A stretch of 64,000 nucleotides of DNA from Candidatus Woesearchaeota archaeon (GTDB lineage Archaea > Nanobdellota > Nanobdellia > Woesearchaeales > WJKL01), in assembly GCA_014729145.1 (NCBI GenBank), contig WJKL01000016.1, positions 225 through 64,224 on the forward strand, read 5' to 3'. The translations under genes were made by a program, and so were the position numbers. Position 1 is the stretch's first letter. Each line of letters opens with the position of its first letter. The notes under the pieces were generated by a model. The model saw nothing but the letters and a program-made list of their open reading frames with translations, did not search any database and was not told where the DNA came from. Shown in pieces: positions 1 to 9,111 of this stretch.

Positions 1-538
1 GCTGTTTATCACTTCTTAATTCAAAGGGAGATTTAGCAAAAGATCCAATCAGAACTTTACAGTTGTATTTTTTGCAGAATCTTATATTCTGCATCATTCT
101 TCCCATAATGATTGGTTTTTTGGATGAATTTAATAATTCAGAGAAAGCAAAACCTATGACAACATTATTTTTAGCAGCAAGTTTGCATAAAACCTGATTT
201 AATCCTGAATATCTGTAATGAGGTCTGTCTTTTTTTGGTGATTTTTCTAAATTAAATATTAAAGAAGGTTTTAATTTTTCTAAAACATGCTGGTCTTTTG
301 AAGTAGATTCGGTTATTATAAAATCCGATAGTTTTTTTGCTTTGATTATATCTTTTGGAGAAGCAAGCAGTCCAAGTTTTAATATTGTGTTGGTTTTCTT
401 TTGGAGCTTATCTATGTTTGATCTTAATCTGGAGATGTTTTTTTGATAGGGATAAACAAGATAAAGCTCTTTTTTTTCCAGTTTTTTGGCTATGGAGATA
501 AACTTTTCTGGGTTTTTTTTGGGAAAGCAGATATCCAT
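1..538 (-). CDS. RNase P protein component 3 (Rpp30)-like, 5' partial. The ORF runs off the window start. It is not in the ORF track. Hand-translated from ATG at 538 (minus).
   Basis: Manual translation of the minus strand gives MDICFPKKNPEKF...VLIGSFAKSPFELRSDKQ with no stop before position 1. The 'GSFAKSPFELRS' stretch resembles the conserved SSGA...LRsP block of archaeal Rpp30 TIM-barrel proteins. The start lies 4 nt after the stop of the downstream gene. Confidence 0.4.
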   Translation of the reverse strand, partial: MDICFPKKNPEKFISIAKKLEKKELYLVYPYQKNISRLRSNIDKLQKKTNTILKLGLLASPKDIIKAKKLSDFIITESTSKDQHVLEKLKPSLIFNLEKSPKKDRPHYRYSGLNQVLCKLAAKNNVVIGFAFSELLNSSKKPIIMGRMMQNIRFCKKYNCKVLIGSFAKSPFELRSDKQ

Positions 539-541
539 TTT

Positions 542-1399
542 TTATCTTATTTTTGAAAGTATCTTGCATGCCATGCAAAGTTTTTGCTGGGATGGTTCTC
601 TGCAATTAGCACAAAGTTTTTGTTTTTTTGTTGTTGTGAATTTTTTCTTTAATATTGGAGAGATAGATAAGAGCCATTTAATAATGTTTTTATGTGTTCC
701 TGGATTTTTCTGTTCATGTTCAGTCAAAAGCTTGTTTATCAGGCATCTGTAAACTCCTTTTCTGCATGGGCAAGGAGCATAATTAACAGGAAAATTCATT
801 TTTTTGGAATAATCAGCGATATCTTTTTCAGATACAAAATAAAGCGGCTTAACACGCTGAACAAAATTTTTGTTTTTGGAGATTCCAGTAGAAGGGCCCT
901 GCCTTGCTAATAATTCTAGATTATTTTTTAGCAGATTCATTATTACGCCCTGGGCTTCATCATTAAGATTGTGGCCAGTGACAAGTTTTGCGGCGTTGAG
1001 TTTTTTGGAATATTTGTTTAAAAGATATCTTCTTAAAACTCCGCAGATTGTGCAGGATGTTAAGTTGATGTTTTTTTTCTTTAATATTGATCTTATATAA
1101 CAAAGGGAAAAACCAAACTCTTCTCTGAAAGAGATAATATGAAGTTTTATTTTGTGTTTTTTGCAGAATTCTTTTATATTTTCAAGATTTTCTTTGGTGT
1201 AATTCCCAATCACTGCATCTACTGTTATTGCTTCTACATTATATTTGAGTTTTTTTAATATATGGAGTATTGTTGTGGAGTCTTTTCCGCCTGAACATGC
1301 AACTAAAATCTTGTCTTTTTTGGATAAAAGATTATATTTTTTAATTGTATTTTCAGTTGTTTTTTCTGTTTTTTGGGCTAATTTTTGTTTTTTATGCAT
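542..1399 (-). CDS. PP-loop ATPase, TtuA/NcsA/TtcA-family tRNA thiolation enzyme
   Basis: SGGKDS PP-loop motif (ILVACSGGKDSTTILHIL) plus CxxC pairs in the middle and at the C-terminus (CANC...CMAC). Length 285 aa fits the family. Confidence 0.6.
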   Translation of the reverse strand: MHKKQKLAQKTEKTTENTIKKYNLLSKKDKILVACSGGKDSTTILHILKKLKYNVEAITVDAVIGNYTKENLENIKEFCKKHKIKLHIISFREEFGFSLCYIRSILKKKNINLTSCTICGVLRRYLLNKYSKKLNAAKLVTGHNLNDEAQGVIMNLLKNNLELLARQGPSTGISKNKNFVQRVKPLYFVSEKDIADYSKKMNFPVNYAPCPCRKGVYRCLINKLLTEHEQKNPGTHKNIIKWLLSISPILKKKFTTTKKQKLCANCREPSQQKLCMACKILSKIR

Positions 1400-1537
1400 A
1401 ATATTGTTAATTTTGTCATAGAATTTAAAGATTCTTATAAAATACTTATTAATATACTTATTTTTGTATTAATTTTAATACTTATTTTAAAGGTTTATTT
1501 CTTATGGAGCAATAGATTTATATATAAAGGGGAGCTA

Positions 1538-1558
1538 TTTCCATATGAAATGAAGGGG
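1538..1558 (+). promoter_or_regulatory. Isolated ORB-like (origin recognition box-like) element, TTTCCATATGAAATGAAGGGG, in the AT-rich spacer upstream of tbp
   Basis: Matches the consensus of the three ORB elements at 16.3-16.65 kb (TTCCA-N3-GAAATGAAGGrG), including the trailing G-run. Confidence 0.4.
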
Positions 1559-1665
1559 TTATATTTGCTGGAAAATCTATATTATTTTTAAATTATTTAT
1601 AAATACATATCTTTAAATATAACTTCTGATTATAATATGTTAAAGAGGTTTATGGAGGCACAAAA

Positions 1666-2241
1666 ATGGCTAAAAAGAAAAAATCTTCTAAAAAAGAAAT
1701 AAGGGTTGTAAATATTGTTGTAAGCACTTCTTTGGAGCATGATATTCCTTTAGAAAAGATGGCTGCAACCTTGAGCAATACTGAATATAATCCAGAGCAG
1801 TTTCCAGGATTGGTTATAAGAATCAAAGAACCAAAGACCAGCGCTTTGATCTTCAGCTCAGGAAAGGTAGTATGTACTGGAGCAAAGAGCATGGACAAGG
1901 TTGAAGAAAGCATCAAAAAGATAATCCAGAGCCTGAAAAAGATAGGGATTAAGATCACTATAAAACCTGAAATAAGCATACAGAATATTGTTGCGAGCGG
2001 AAAGGTTGGAATGGATCTTAACCTTAATACACTGGCGATGAAACTGCCTAATACTGAGTATGAACCAGAGCAGTTTCCTGGACTGGTGTATAAGTTAGAT
2101 GAAGCAAAAGCTACTTTTTTGCTTTTCAGCAATGGAAAGATAGTTTGTACAGGAACAAAAAGCGAGAAAGAAGTAAATGCTTCACTGGATATGTTGATTG
2201 AAAAACTGAAGAAAGTAGTTAAACCAAGCAGATATCAATAA
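1666..2241 (+). CDS. tbp: TATA-box binding protein (TBP)
   Basis: 191 aa with two internal direct repeats (EQFPGLV...FSSGKVVCTGAKS / EQFPGLVY...FSNGKIVCTGTKS), the typical TBP fold signature. Confidence 0.9.
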   Translation: MAKKKKSSKKEIRVVNIVVSTSLEHDIPLEKMAATLSNTEYNPEQFPGLVIRIKEPKTSALIFSSGKVVCTGAKSMDKVEESIKKIIQSLKKIGIKITIKPEISIQNIVASGKVGMDLNLNTLAMKLPNTEYEPEQFPGLVYKLDEAKATFLLFSNGKIVCTGTKSEKEVNASLDMLIEKLKKVVKPSRYQ

Positions 2242-2305
2242 AATTTTTATTTAAAATTAATTTTAATGTTTAGTGTCACTGGACATAATGTGAAGGAGTC
2301 CAGAT

Positions 2306-2330
2306 AACCACTGGTCACTGGACATTTACC
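2306..2330 (+). promoter_or_regulatory. 25-bp conserved element AACCACTGGTCACTGGACATTTACC, located -59..-35 relative to the mcm start and just upstream of a TATA-like box. An upstream half-copy GTCACTGGACAT lies at 2274-2286.
   Basis: Near-identical copy (24 of 25 nt) at 30909-30933 at the same position relative to another gene start. Contains internal CACTGG direct repeat and GTCCAG/CTGGAC inverted repeat. Confidence 0.45.
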
Positions 2331-2364
2331 TGCGTAAGGCATTTAAGGGGGGATTGTCTTATGT

Positions 2365-5300
2365 ATGAATATGGAAGCAGCTGAAACTATAAATAAATTC
2401 AAAGAATTTTTTGAAAAAGAATATGAAGCTAAATTAAAAGATAGTGTTAGAAAAGGAAAACATTATCTTGTTATTGATTTTTCTGAACTTCTTAATTTTG
2501 ACCATGAGCTTTCTGATGGTCTTTTGGACAACCCAGAAGATTCTGTTGCTGCTGCTGAAGAGGCTGTAAAGGATTGTATTGATGGTAATATTAAAAAATT
2601 CAACATAAGATTCTTAAATCTTCCTGAAAACCAAAAGGTATTGGTAAGGAACATAAGAAGCAAACATATCGGAAGGCTTTTGGTGATGGATGGTGTGGTC
2701 AGGCAGAAAAGTGATGTAAGGCCGCAAGTAACTTCTGCAAAGTTTGAATGCCCTTCCTGCGGAAATATAATCAATGTTCTTCAGCTGGACAAAACATTCA
2801 AGGAACCAAATAAATGCGGGTGCGGAAGGAAAGGAAAATTTAGATTATTGAAGAAAGAACTGGTGGATGCTCAGGGGCTGGTTTTAGAAGAAGATCCTGA
2901 AAATCTTGAAGGAGGAGAGCAGCCAAAAAGGATGAATGTGCTGCTGCAGGACGATCTTGTAAGTCCTTTAAGCGAAAGGAAGACAAACCCTGGAAGCAAG
3001 ATAAAAATAATTGGAACAATAAAGGAAGTGCCAATATTTTCAAGAACTGGGAGCCAAACAACGAGATTTGACCTTCTTATAGAAGCAAATAATTTTGAAA
3101 CAATAGAGGAGAATTTCTATGAAGTTGAAATTACTAAAGAAGAGCATGAAGAGATCAAAAAGCTTTCAAAAGATCCTAAGATATACAAGAAACTTGTACA
3201 GTCAATAGCTCCATCTATATACGGCTATAAAAAAGTAAAAGAAGCATTGATACTGCAGCTTATGGGCGGGGTGCATAAGCAAAGACATGATGGGGTTGTA
3301 ACAAGAGGAGATATGCATATTCTTTTGATTGGGGATCCGGGAAGCGGAAAATCTCAGCTATTGAAAAGGGTAAATCTTATTGCGCCAAAAGGAAGATATG
3401 TATCTGGAAAGGGTGTTTCGGGTGCAGGACTTACTGCATCTGTTGTCAAGGATGAATTTTTAAAGGGATGGAGTTTAGAAGCAGGGGCTTTGGTATTGGC
3501 GAATAATGGAATGTGCTGTTTACATCCTGATACATCTATTGTCATTAATAATAAAATACAAAAAATATCAAAAATATTTGACTGCCATAAAAAAGAATTA
3601 GGAAAATGCAAAAATGAGATTGTTGAATTTAATGATATTGAAAAAGATGTAGTAAGTTTTGATATAAAAAGAATGGATTGTGAAAAACAAGTTTCGACAG
3701 TTATTAGGAGAAAGAAATTTGATGGCCATTTATTAAATGTCAAATTCAAATCAGGATTCTCTATAAAACTTACTCCTGACCACAAGATAATCGATGGAAA
3801 TCATTTAGGGTGGAAGGAAGCTCAAGAATTCAAAAAAGGGGAAAAAACATTGGCGCCCTTAAATTTGCCAAGCATTAAAGAAGATACTTTTATATTTGAC
3901 ATCTTACCTAAAAATTGGAAAGTTTTTTTGAACAAAAAAGAAAAAAACCAATTGAAGCAAAATATAAGAAGAAAATTTAAAACATTGAGCGCTTTCAATA
4001 AAAAATTTAACTTGGATAAGAATTTTCTTTCTGGAAGAAAACAAATAACTATTAAGAAATTTGAAAAAATCTTAGAATTTTTAGGAGAAAAAAATAAATG
4101 GAGAAAAATCCCTTTAAAATTTGGAAGGAATAAAAATGGAGAAAAATTGAAAATAGCCAAAATCACTCCAGAATTAGGCTATATATTAGGATTCATATTG
4201 GGAGATGGATATATAAATATGAATAAAAGAAGAACGACAATAAATATAACTCAATCTATCAAGAACAAGGAGAATATTAAAAGAATAAAAGAATATTGGA
4301 ATAAAATTTCATTGAAAAAATTAAAAGAAACTGAAGATAATAGAACCTCTAAGATTAGGGACCAAAAGGTAATATCAAAATGTAAAGTTCTTTATTCTGG
4401 GAGCAACCTTCTTGGTGGTTTATATAAACATTATACTTCGAATGCACTTGCCGAAATATTATCCCTGCCTGATGATGTGTTAAAAGGATTTATTGGTGGG
4501 ATTATGGATTCTGATGGCTGCATAAGTACAAGAAAGTACATAAAGAATGGAAATAAATATTTTACGCAGATTATTGAATTTTTATTTAGTAATGAAAGAA
4601 AAGAAAATCTTAATTTTATGCTTGCGCTTAGGAGATTTGATTGTTATGGTAAAATAAACGAGAGAGAAAATATAAAATCAGTCACAATTAGTAGTAGAAA
4701 AGATATATCTAATTTGATTAAAGAATTAGACTCTTTTTCTATTAAAATTAGTAAATCTAGATTATTAGTTAAGAATAAGCAAATTTCAGGAGACAGTGAT
4801 AAAATACCCTCCATCATTGGAAAAAAGATATGTGATAGGATAATAAAATTAAACAAATCCTTTTTGCTTAAGAAAGGTATATGGAGTACAGTTTATGGTT
4901 TTAAACATGGTGGAAGGGAACCTTCAAGAAATCAGATAATTAAAATCATCAATAAAACACAAGATATGATAAATGATAAAAAGTTTGTTGAGGGATCATT
5001 AGGATTGATAAAAAGAGACTATTTTCTAGATGAGATTGTTGATATAAAAAAAGAAAAATATTCAGGATATGTCTATGACTTATTTGTTCCGAAAAACCAT
5101 AACTTTCTTGCAGATGGAATAATTGTACATAATTGTATTGATGAGATGGACAAGATGAGCCAGGAAGACAGGAGTGCAATGCACGAGGCGCTTGAGCAGC
5201 AAAGCTTCCATTATGATACTTGGATTAGTTTAGCAGATGGTTCTGAAAAAAAGATTGGAAACTTCGTAGAAAAATTAATGAAAAAAAACCATAAAAAAAT

Positions 5301-7413
5301 TATAAAAGGAAAAGATTGTTATATACTTCCTACAGAAGACAAAGATGTAGAAATCTTCACTACTGATTGGAATAATATTTACAAAACAAAAATCAACAGA
5401 GTGAGCAAACACATTGCTCCAGATTATTTTATTAAAATAAAATTAAAAAATGGGAGAGAGATTACAGTAACTCCAGAACATCCTGTTTTCTATATAGATG
5501 AGTGTAAGATCAAAACCGTTGATGCTGAAAATGTAAAAGAAGATATGTGGATGCCTGTGCCTTTAGAAACAAATATAGAAGGAGAAAGTCAAAAATTTGA
5601 GATAACAAAAGAAGAATGCTACATAAATAGGGCTTCTCGACATATTGCTGTTCCGATGGAGAATGGAGAAAATTTCTTCAAGATTATAGGTTATATGCTA
5701 GCAGAAGGTTCTAAAGAACTTAATAGAGGAAAATTAATTGGTATTAATTTTACTAATAAAGATGAAAGATTATTAGAAGATTTTGAAAATTCCATGGAAG
5801 AATTATTTGGGCTTAGACCCTATAAACAACCCAGAATTGATGGTTATGATTTAAGATACATGTATAGGTATATTTCGAGAGAATTAAGTGTCTTTATTGA
5901 GAGAACATGTCCTGAGATATTAAATAAATCTAGTGAAAAAGAAATTCCTAAAATTTGTTTAAAAGGGAAAAAAGAAGATGTTGCTTTAATGCTTTCATGC
6001 ATGTTTGAAGGAGATGGTCATGTATCAAAAAAACTTAGAACTATTAGGGTAGGATTTGGATCTAATAGTAAGAAAATGTGCGAACAGGTTCAAGATTTGT
6101 TATTAAGATTTGGAATAAGAAGTAATTTGACTGAACACAAAAAAAGCTATAAAGTTTCGATTACTAGAAGAGAAAACTTGCTAAAATTTTATGAAAAAAT
6201 TGGATTTATTACTAAAGAAAAAAACAATATTATAAAAAAATATTTAGACAATGTAAAATTAAAAAGAAGTATCAAGAATAATATTCCTAATGTTTCTAAA
6301 AAAGTTATAAAATTGATGAAAAAATATGGTGTTAAATGTGTAGGAAATAATTGTTTGGCTACAATGAAATATGACTATCTTAAAAGAAGAAGAAATATAT
6401 CTAAACAAGCACTACAAGAGATTGTAAAAAAGATTTCTCCAAAACCTGAAGATAAGAAAGCCCATAATTTTCTTAAAAAAATGGCTTTTGGAAATATTGG
6501 ATTTGAAAAAATAAAATCTATTGAAAGAATAGAAAATAAGGATCAAAAATGGACTTATGATGTTACCATAGAGCCAACCCATAATTTTATTTCTCAAAAT
6601 ATGGTTTTACATAACACAATCAGCATAAGCAAGGCAAATATCCAGGCCACTCTTGTAGCTAGGACAACTGTGCTGGCTGCAGCAAACCCAAAGTTTGGAA
6701 GATTTGACCCTTATGATATCTTAGCGAAACAGATAGATCTTCCACCTGCGCTGATCAACAGGTTTGACCTTATATTTCCTATAAAAGATATGCCTGATAA
6801 AGAAAAAGACAAAAAAATGGCGCATCATATATTAGACCTTCATCAAAATCCTGATGTAGATGATCCTGAAATTGAAACAGAGCTTCTTAAGAAATATTTT
6901 GCCTATGCAAGACAGAATGTAAATCCAAAGCTTACCAGCGGTGCATTGGAGGAGATCAAAAATTATTATGTTGAGATGAGAAACAAAGAAGTGGGGGAAG
7001 AAGGCTCTGCAAGAGCAATACCAATATCACCAAGACAGCTTGAGGCTTTGATAAGATTGTCTGAGGCGTCTGCGAGGACAAGATTAAGCCCAAAAGTTAC
7101 AAAGAAAGACGCAAAAAAGGCAATAAGTCTGCTCCACCACTGCTTAAGTGAGATAGGTGTTGATCCAGAGACAGGAAAGATTGATATTGACAGAATTACT
7201 ACAGGTATAACAGCATCACAAAGAAACAAGATAGTGGTAATCAAGGAGATCATAAATGAGCTTGAGAATAAGATCGGAAAAACTATCCCTCTTGATGATC
7301 TGATAAAAGAGGCTGAAGACAAAGGAATAGAAGATATAGATGATGCTATTGAAAAGCTGAAAAGAAGCGGAGATATTTTTGAGCCCAAGAGAGGATTTAT
7401 ACAAAAGATCTAA
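2365..7413 (+). CDS. mcm: MCM replicative helicase interrupted by two inteins (1682 aa precursor; about 672 aa mature)
   Basis: N-terminal MCM domain with zinc finger (CPSCGN...CGCG), Walker A GDPGSGKSQ, Walker B CIDEMDKM split by insert 1, EQQ/TISISKA split by insert 2, arginine finger region LAAANP, C-terminal winged helix. Confidence 0.9.
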   Translation: MNMEAAETINKFKEFFEKEYEAKLKDSVRKGKHYLVIDFSELLNFDHELSDGLLDNPEDSVAAAEEAVKDCIDGNIKKFNIRFLNLPENQKVLVRNIRSKHIGRLLVMDGVVRQKSDVRPQVTSAKFECPSCGNIINVLQLDKTFKEPNKCGCGRKGKFRLLKKELVDAQGLVLEEDPENLEGGEQPKRMNVLLQDDLVSPLSERKTNPGSKIKIIGTIKEVPIFSRTGSQTTRFDLLIEANNFETIEENFYEVEITKEEHEEIKKLSKDPKIYKKLVQSIAPSIYGYKKVKEALILQLMGGVHKQRHDGVVTRGDMHILLIGDPGSGKSQLLKRVNLIAPKGRYVSGKGVSGAGLTASVVKDEFLKGWSLEAGALVLANNGMCCLHPDTSIVINNKIQKISKIFDCHKKELGKCKNEIVEFNDIEKDVVSFDIKRMDCEKQVSTVIRRKKFDGHLLNVKFKSGFSIKLTPDHKIIDGNHLGWKEAQEFKKGEKTLAPLNLPSIKEDTFIFDILPKNWKVFLNKKEKNQLKQNIRRKFKTLSAFNKKFNLDKNFLSGRKQITIKKFEKILEFLGEKNKWRKIPLKFGRNKNGEKLKIAKITPELGYILGFILGDGYINMNKRRTTINITQSIKNKENIKRIKEYWNKISLKKLKETEDNRTSKIRDQKVISKCKVLYSGSNLLGGLYKHYTSNALAEILSLPDDVLKGFIGGIMDSDGCISTRKYIKNGNKYFTQIIEFLFSNERKENLNFMLALRRFDCYGKINERENIKSVTISSRKDISNLIKELDSFSIKISKSRLLVKNKQISGDSDKIPSIIGKKICDRIIKLNKSFLLKKGIWSTVYGFKHGGREPSRNQIIKIINKTQDMINDKKFVEGSLGLIKRDYFLDEIVDIKKEKYSGYVYDLFVPKNHNFLADGIIVHNCIDEMDKMSQEDRSAMHEALEQQSFHYDTWISLADGSEKKIGNFVEKLMKKNHKKIIKGKDCYILPTEDKDVEIFTTDWNNIYKTKINRVSKHIAPDYFIKIKLKNGREITVTPEHPVFYIDECKIKTVDAENVKEDMWMPVPLETNIEGESQKFEITKEECYINRASRHIAVPMENGENFFKIIGYMLAEGSKELNRGKLIGINFTNKDERLLEDFENSMEELFGLRPYKQPRIDGYDLRYMYRYISRELSVFIERTCPEILNKSSEKEIPKICLKGKKEDVALMLSCMFEGDGHVSKKLRTIRVGFGSNSKKMCEQVQDLLLRFGIRSNLTEHKKSYKVSITRRENLLKFYEKIGFITKEKNNIIKKYLDNVKLKRSIKNNIPNVSKKVIKLMKKYGVKCVGNNCLATMKYDYLKRRRNISKQALQEIVKKISPKPEDKKAHNFLKKMAFGNIGFEKIKSIERIENKDQKWTYDVTIEPTHNFISQNMVLHNTISISKANIQATLVARTTVLAAANPKFGRFDPYDILAKQIDLPPALINRFDLIFPIKDMPDKEKDKKMAHHILDLHQNPDVDDPEIETELLKKYFAYARQNVNPKLTSGALEEIKNYYVEMRNKEVGEEGSARAIPISPRQLEALIRLSEASARTRLSPKVTKKDAKKAISLLHHCLSEIGVDPETGKIDIDRITTGITASQRNKIVVIKEIINELENKIGKTIPLDDLIKEAEDKGIEDIDDAIEKLKRSGDIFEPKRGFIQKI
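3517..5133 (+). mobile_element. Intein 1 in MCM (539 aa) with LAGLIDADG homing endonuclease domain. Inserted between NNGMC and CIDEMDKM (Walker B).
   Basis: Starts with Cys (CLHPDT), ends with His-Asn (IVHN), followed by a Cys +1 extein residue. LAGLIDADG-type motifs LGYILGFILGDGYI and KGFIGGIMDSDGCIS. The host motif is restored when the insert is removed. Confidence 0.75.
5203..6615 (+). mobile_element. Intein 2 in MCM (471 aa) with LAGLIDADG homing endonuclease domain. Inserted between EQQ and TISISKA.
   Basis: Starts with Ser (SFHYDT), ends with His-Asn (VLHN), followed by a Thr +1 residue. LAGLIDADG-type blocks IIGYMLAEGS and LSCMFEGDGHVS. Removal restores the canonical MCM motif EQQTISI. 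Confidence 0.7.
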
Positions 7414-7415
7414 AG

Positions 7416-8096
7416 ATGGCAGAGGAAATACAGAAAAGGCAGGTAGCAAAGAAGATAAAGATAAATGATGTTCTTAGTGGAAGCTATATTAAAGAGGATG
7501 GATGGAACCCTAATTTCATAGAGGTAAATGGAGAGAAGGTATCAAGGGTAAATATTATCGGGGCTGTGCTTGAAAAAGAGGAAGGAGATGGGCTCAATTA
7601 TATATCCATAATGCTTGATGATGGAAGCGGAAAAATATCAGGCAGGGTTTTCAAAGATGATATGTATAAATTAAAAGATATAGATATCGGAGATATAGTC
7701 CTGGCAATAGCAAGGCCAAGAGAATATGGAAGTGAAAGATATCTGCTATTGGAGATTGTCAAGAAGATAAAAAACAAGAAATGGATCAAAGTGAGGAAAT
7801 TAGAGCTTGAGAAAAAAAATGATGATGTAAAGGAAGTGGTGCAGAAAACAGAAGATATTGAAGAAACACCAACAGAGAGCAAAGAAGAAGTAGTTGAAGA
7901 AGATATTGTTAAAGAAGAGAAAGAGATGAACAATGTAGATAAAATAATAGATTTTGTCAGGGAAAAAGATAAAGGAGATGGGATAGATATACAGGCAATA
8001 GTTGACAAATTTGATGATGAAAGGATAGTAAAAGATTTGTTAAGTGAAGGAGAGCTTTTTGAAATAAAACCTGGAAGAGTTAAGGTTCTGGAATAA
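7416..8096 (+). CDS. RPA32-like ssDNA-binding protein candidate (OB-fold plus acidic linker plus C-terminal winged helix)
   Basis: Central OB-fold-like segment (NIIGAVLEKEEG...ISIMLDDGSGKISGRVFKD...GDIVLAIARP). Acidic E/D-rich linker. C-terminal segment IIDFVREKDKGDGIDIQAIVDKF...GELFEIKPGRVKVLE resembles the RPA32 C-terminal wH. Immediately downstream of mcm. Confidence 0.4.
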   Translation: MAEEIQKRQVAKKIKINDVLSGSYIKEDGWNPNFIEVNGEKVSRVNIIGAVLEKEEGDGLNYISIMLDDGSGKISGRVFKDDMYKLKDIDIGDIVLAIARPREYGSERYLLLEIVKKIKNKKWIKVRKLELEKKNDDVKEVVQKTEDIEETPTESKEEVVEEDIVKEEKEMNNVDKIIDFVREKDKGDGIDIQAIVDKFDDERIVKDLLSEGELFEIKPGRVKVLE

Positions 8097-8118
8097 TCAT
8101 TTTTATGTTGGGTTTTCT

Positions 8119-8967
8119 TTAGAATAAAGCTGGAGTTACATAAACTTCTATCAAAGCTGCAAGGATAAGGAACAAAACTGCCAGCAGAATAAGATCTGAA
8201 GAGTCAAGTATTATCTTCTCGAATCTTTTTGTGCCGAATTTTTCTTTGATAACTGCAACAGAGATTATCCCTCCTGCAAGCCCACCAATGAAATAAGCCA
8301 AAATTTCAGGTATGCCATGTATCAAATATCTTAATAAAGCAAGAGAAACTATCTGGAAGTAGGAGGCTAATTTAGATATTCCTGTGCTGGAAGTAAGAGT
8401 TATAAGATTTGTTCTTATAAGATTTCCTGTTGCTGTTGCGATTACAGAAGCATTCCATGTAAGTATAAAAATTGCGCCTGCTCCATAAAGAAAAGAGAAC
8501 AAAATGCAGAATATCATAACCTTAATATTGTTAAGTAGGATGTTTGTAAGTGTTTTTACATTAAGCACATCTCCTGTTATCCTTGTGTTTATCGCCTGTA
8601 TAGTCAGTGTCTGGGAACGGAATGAGTTCTGGACAAAGTTTGTCGGAAGAAGCACATACCATAGAATAAGAGCAGACATGATTCCAAGAAAGAGGAACAT
8701 CAAGAAAAGAATTGTTTTGCTGTGCCTTTTTACCAGGTTTTCCTTGGTATTTTCAACAGTATCTTTTTTCTCCTCATCTTTCATTGTCTGGAAAAGCAAA
8801 GGGATACATGCCATAGTGGTAAGAAAAACCATGATGAGGCTTGCGTATTCCCTGAATATCCAATTTCCAAGAAATAAAGCTATGCTAGCATATAATGCTC
8901 CTATCAAAAACATGTTCCATGGAGCTTTTTCTGCTTTCAGAGGATTAATAATAGATTCCAGGACCAT
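8119..8967 (-). CDS. Polytopic membrane protein, DUF95/SpoIIM-like
   Basis: Multiple predicted TM helices. Composition and length resemble stage II sporulation protein M-like family members found in archaea. Weak call. Confidence 0.35.
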   Translation of the reverse strand: MVLESIINPLKAEKAPWNMFLIGALYASIALFLGNWIFREYASLIMVFLTTMACIPLLFQTMKDEEKKDTVENTKENLVKRHSKTILFLMFLFLGIMSALILWYVLLPTNFVQNSFRSQTLTIQAINTRITGDVLNVKTLTNILLNNIKVMIFCILFSFLYGAGAIFILTWNASVIATATGNLIRTNLITLTSSTGISKLASYFQIVSLALLRYLIHGIPEILAYFIGGLAGGIISVAVIKEKFGTKRFEKIILDSSDLILLAVLFLILAALIEVYVTPALF

Positions 8968-9111
8968 AATAAAAAATTGGGCTGTAGATATATAAATATT
9001 TGTATTTGAGGTTGTGGTTAAATCTATCTTGCTCTGCGATCTCAGGGTTATGCCACAGATGTATCTAAAATAATCATTAACTTTAAATAGGGTCTATAAT
9101 TTGTATAATGT

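Noticed and set aside
408-605. 65-aa minus-strand ORF overlapping the 3' end of the TtuA-like gene
   Set aside because: It is out of frame with and overlaps a well-supported gene. A different frame of the same region contains the 5' end of a longer ORF (1-538, Rpp30-like) with a proper start right after the upstream stop.
1650-2132. 160-aa minus-strand ORF overlapping tbp
   Set aside because: It is antisense to an unambiguous TBP gene and has no motifs.
2241-2364. mcm upstream region considered as a replication origin because of the CCAGTGG-like core
   Set aside because: It is only a partial ORB-core match with no adjacent A/T unwinding element. Bona fide full-length ORBs with a DUE are present at 16.3-16.65 kb next to orc1. 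It is better explained as a promoter-proximal regulatory element shared with the Cas4-like gene.
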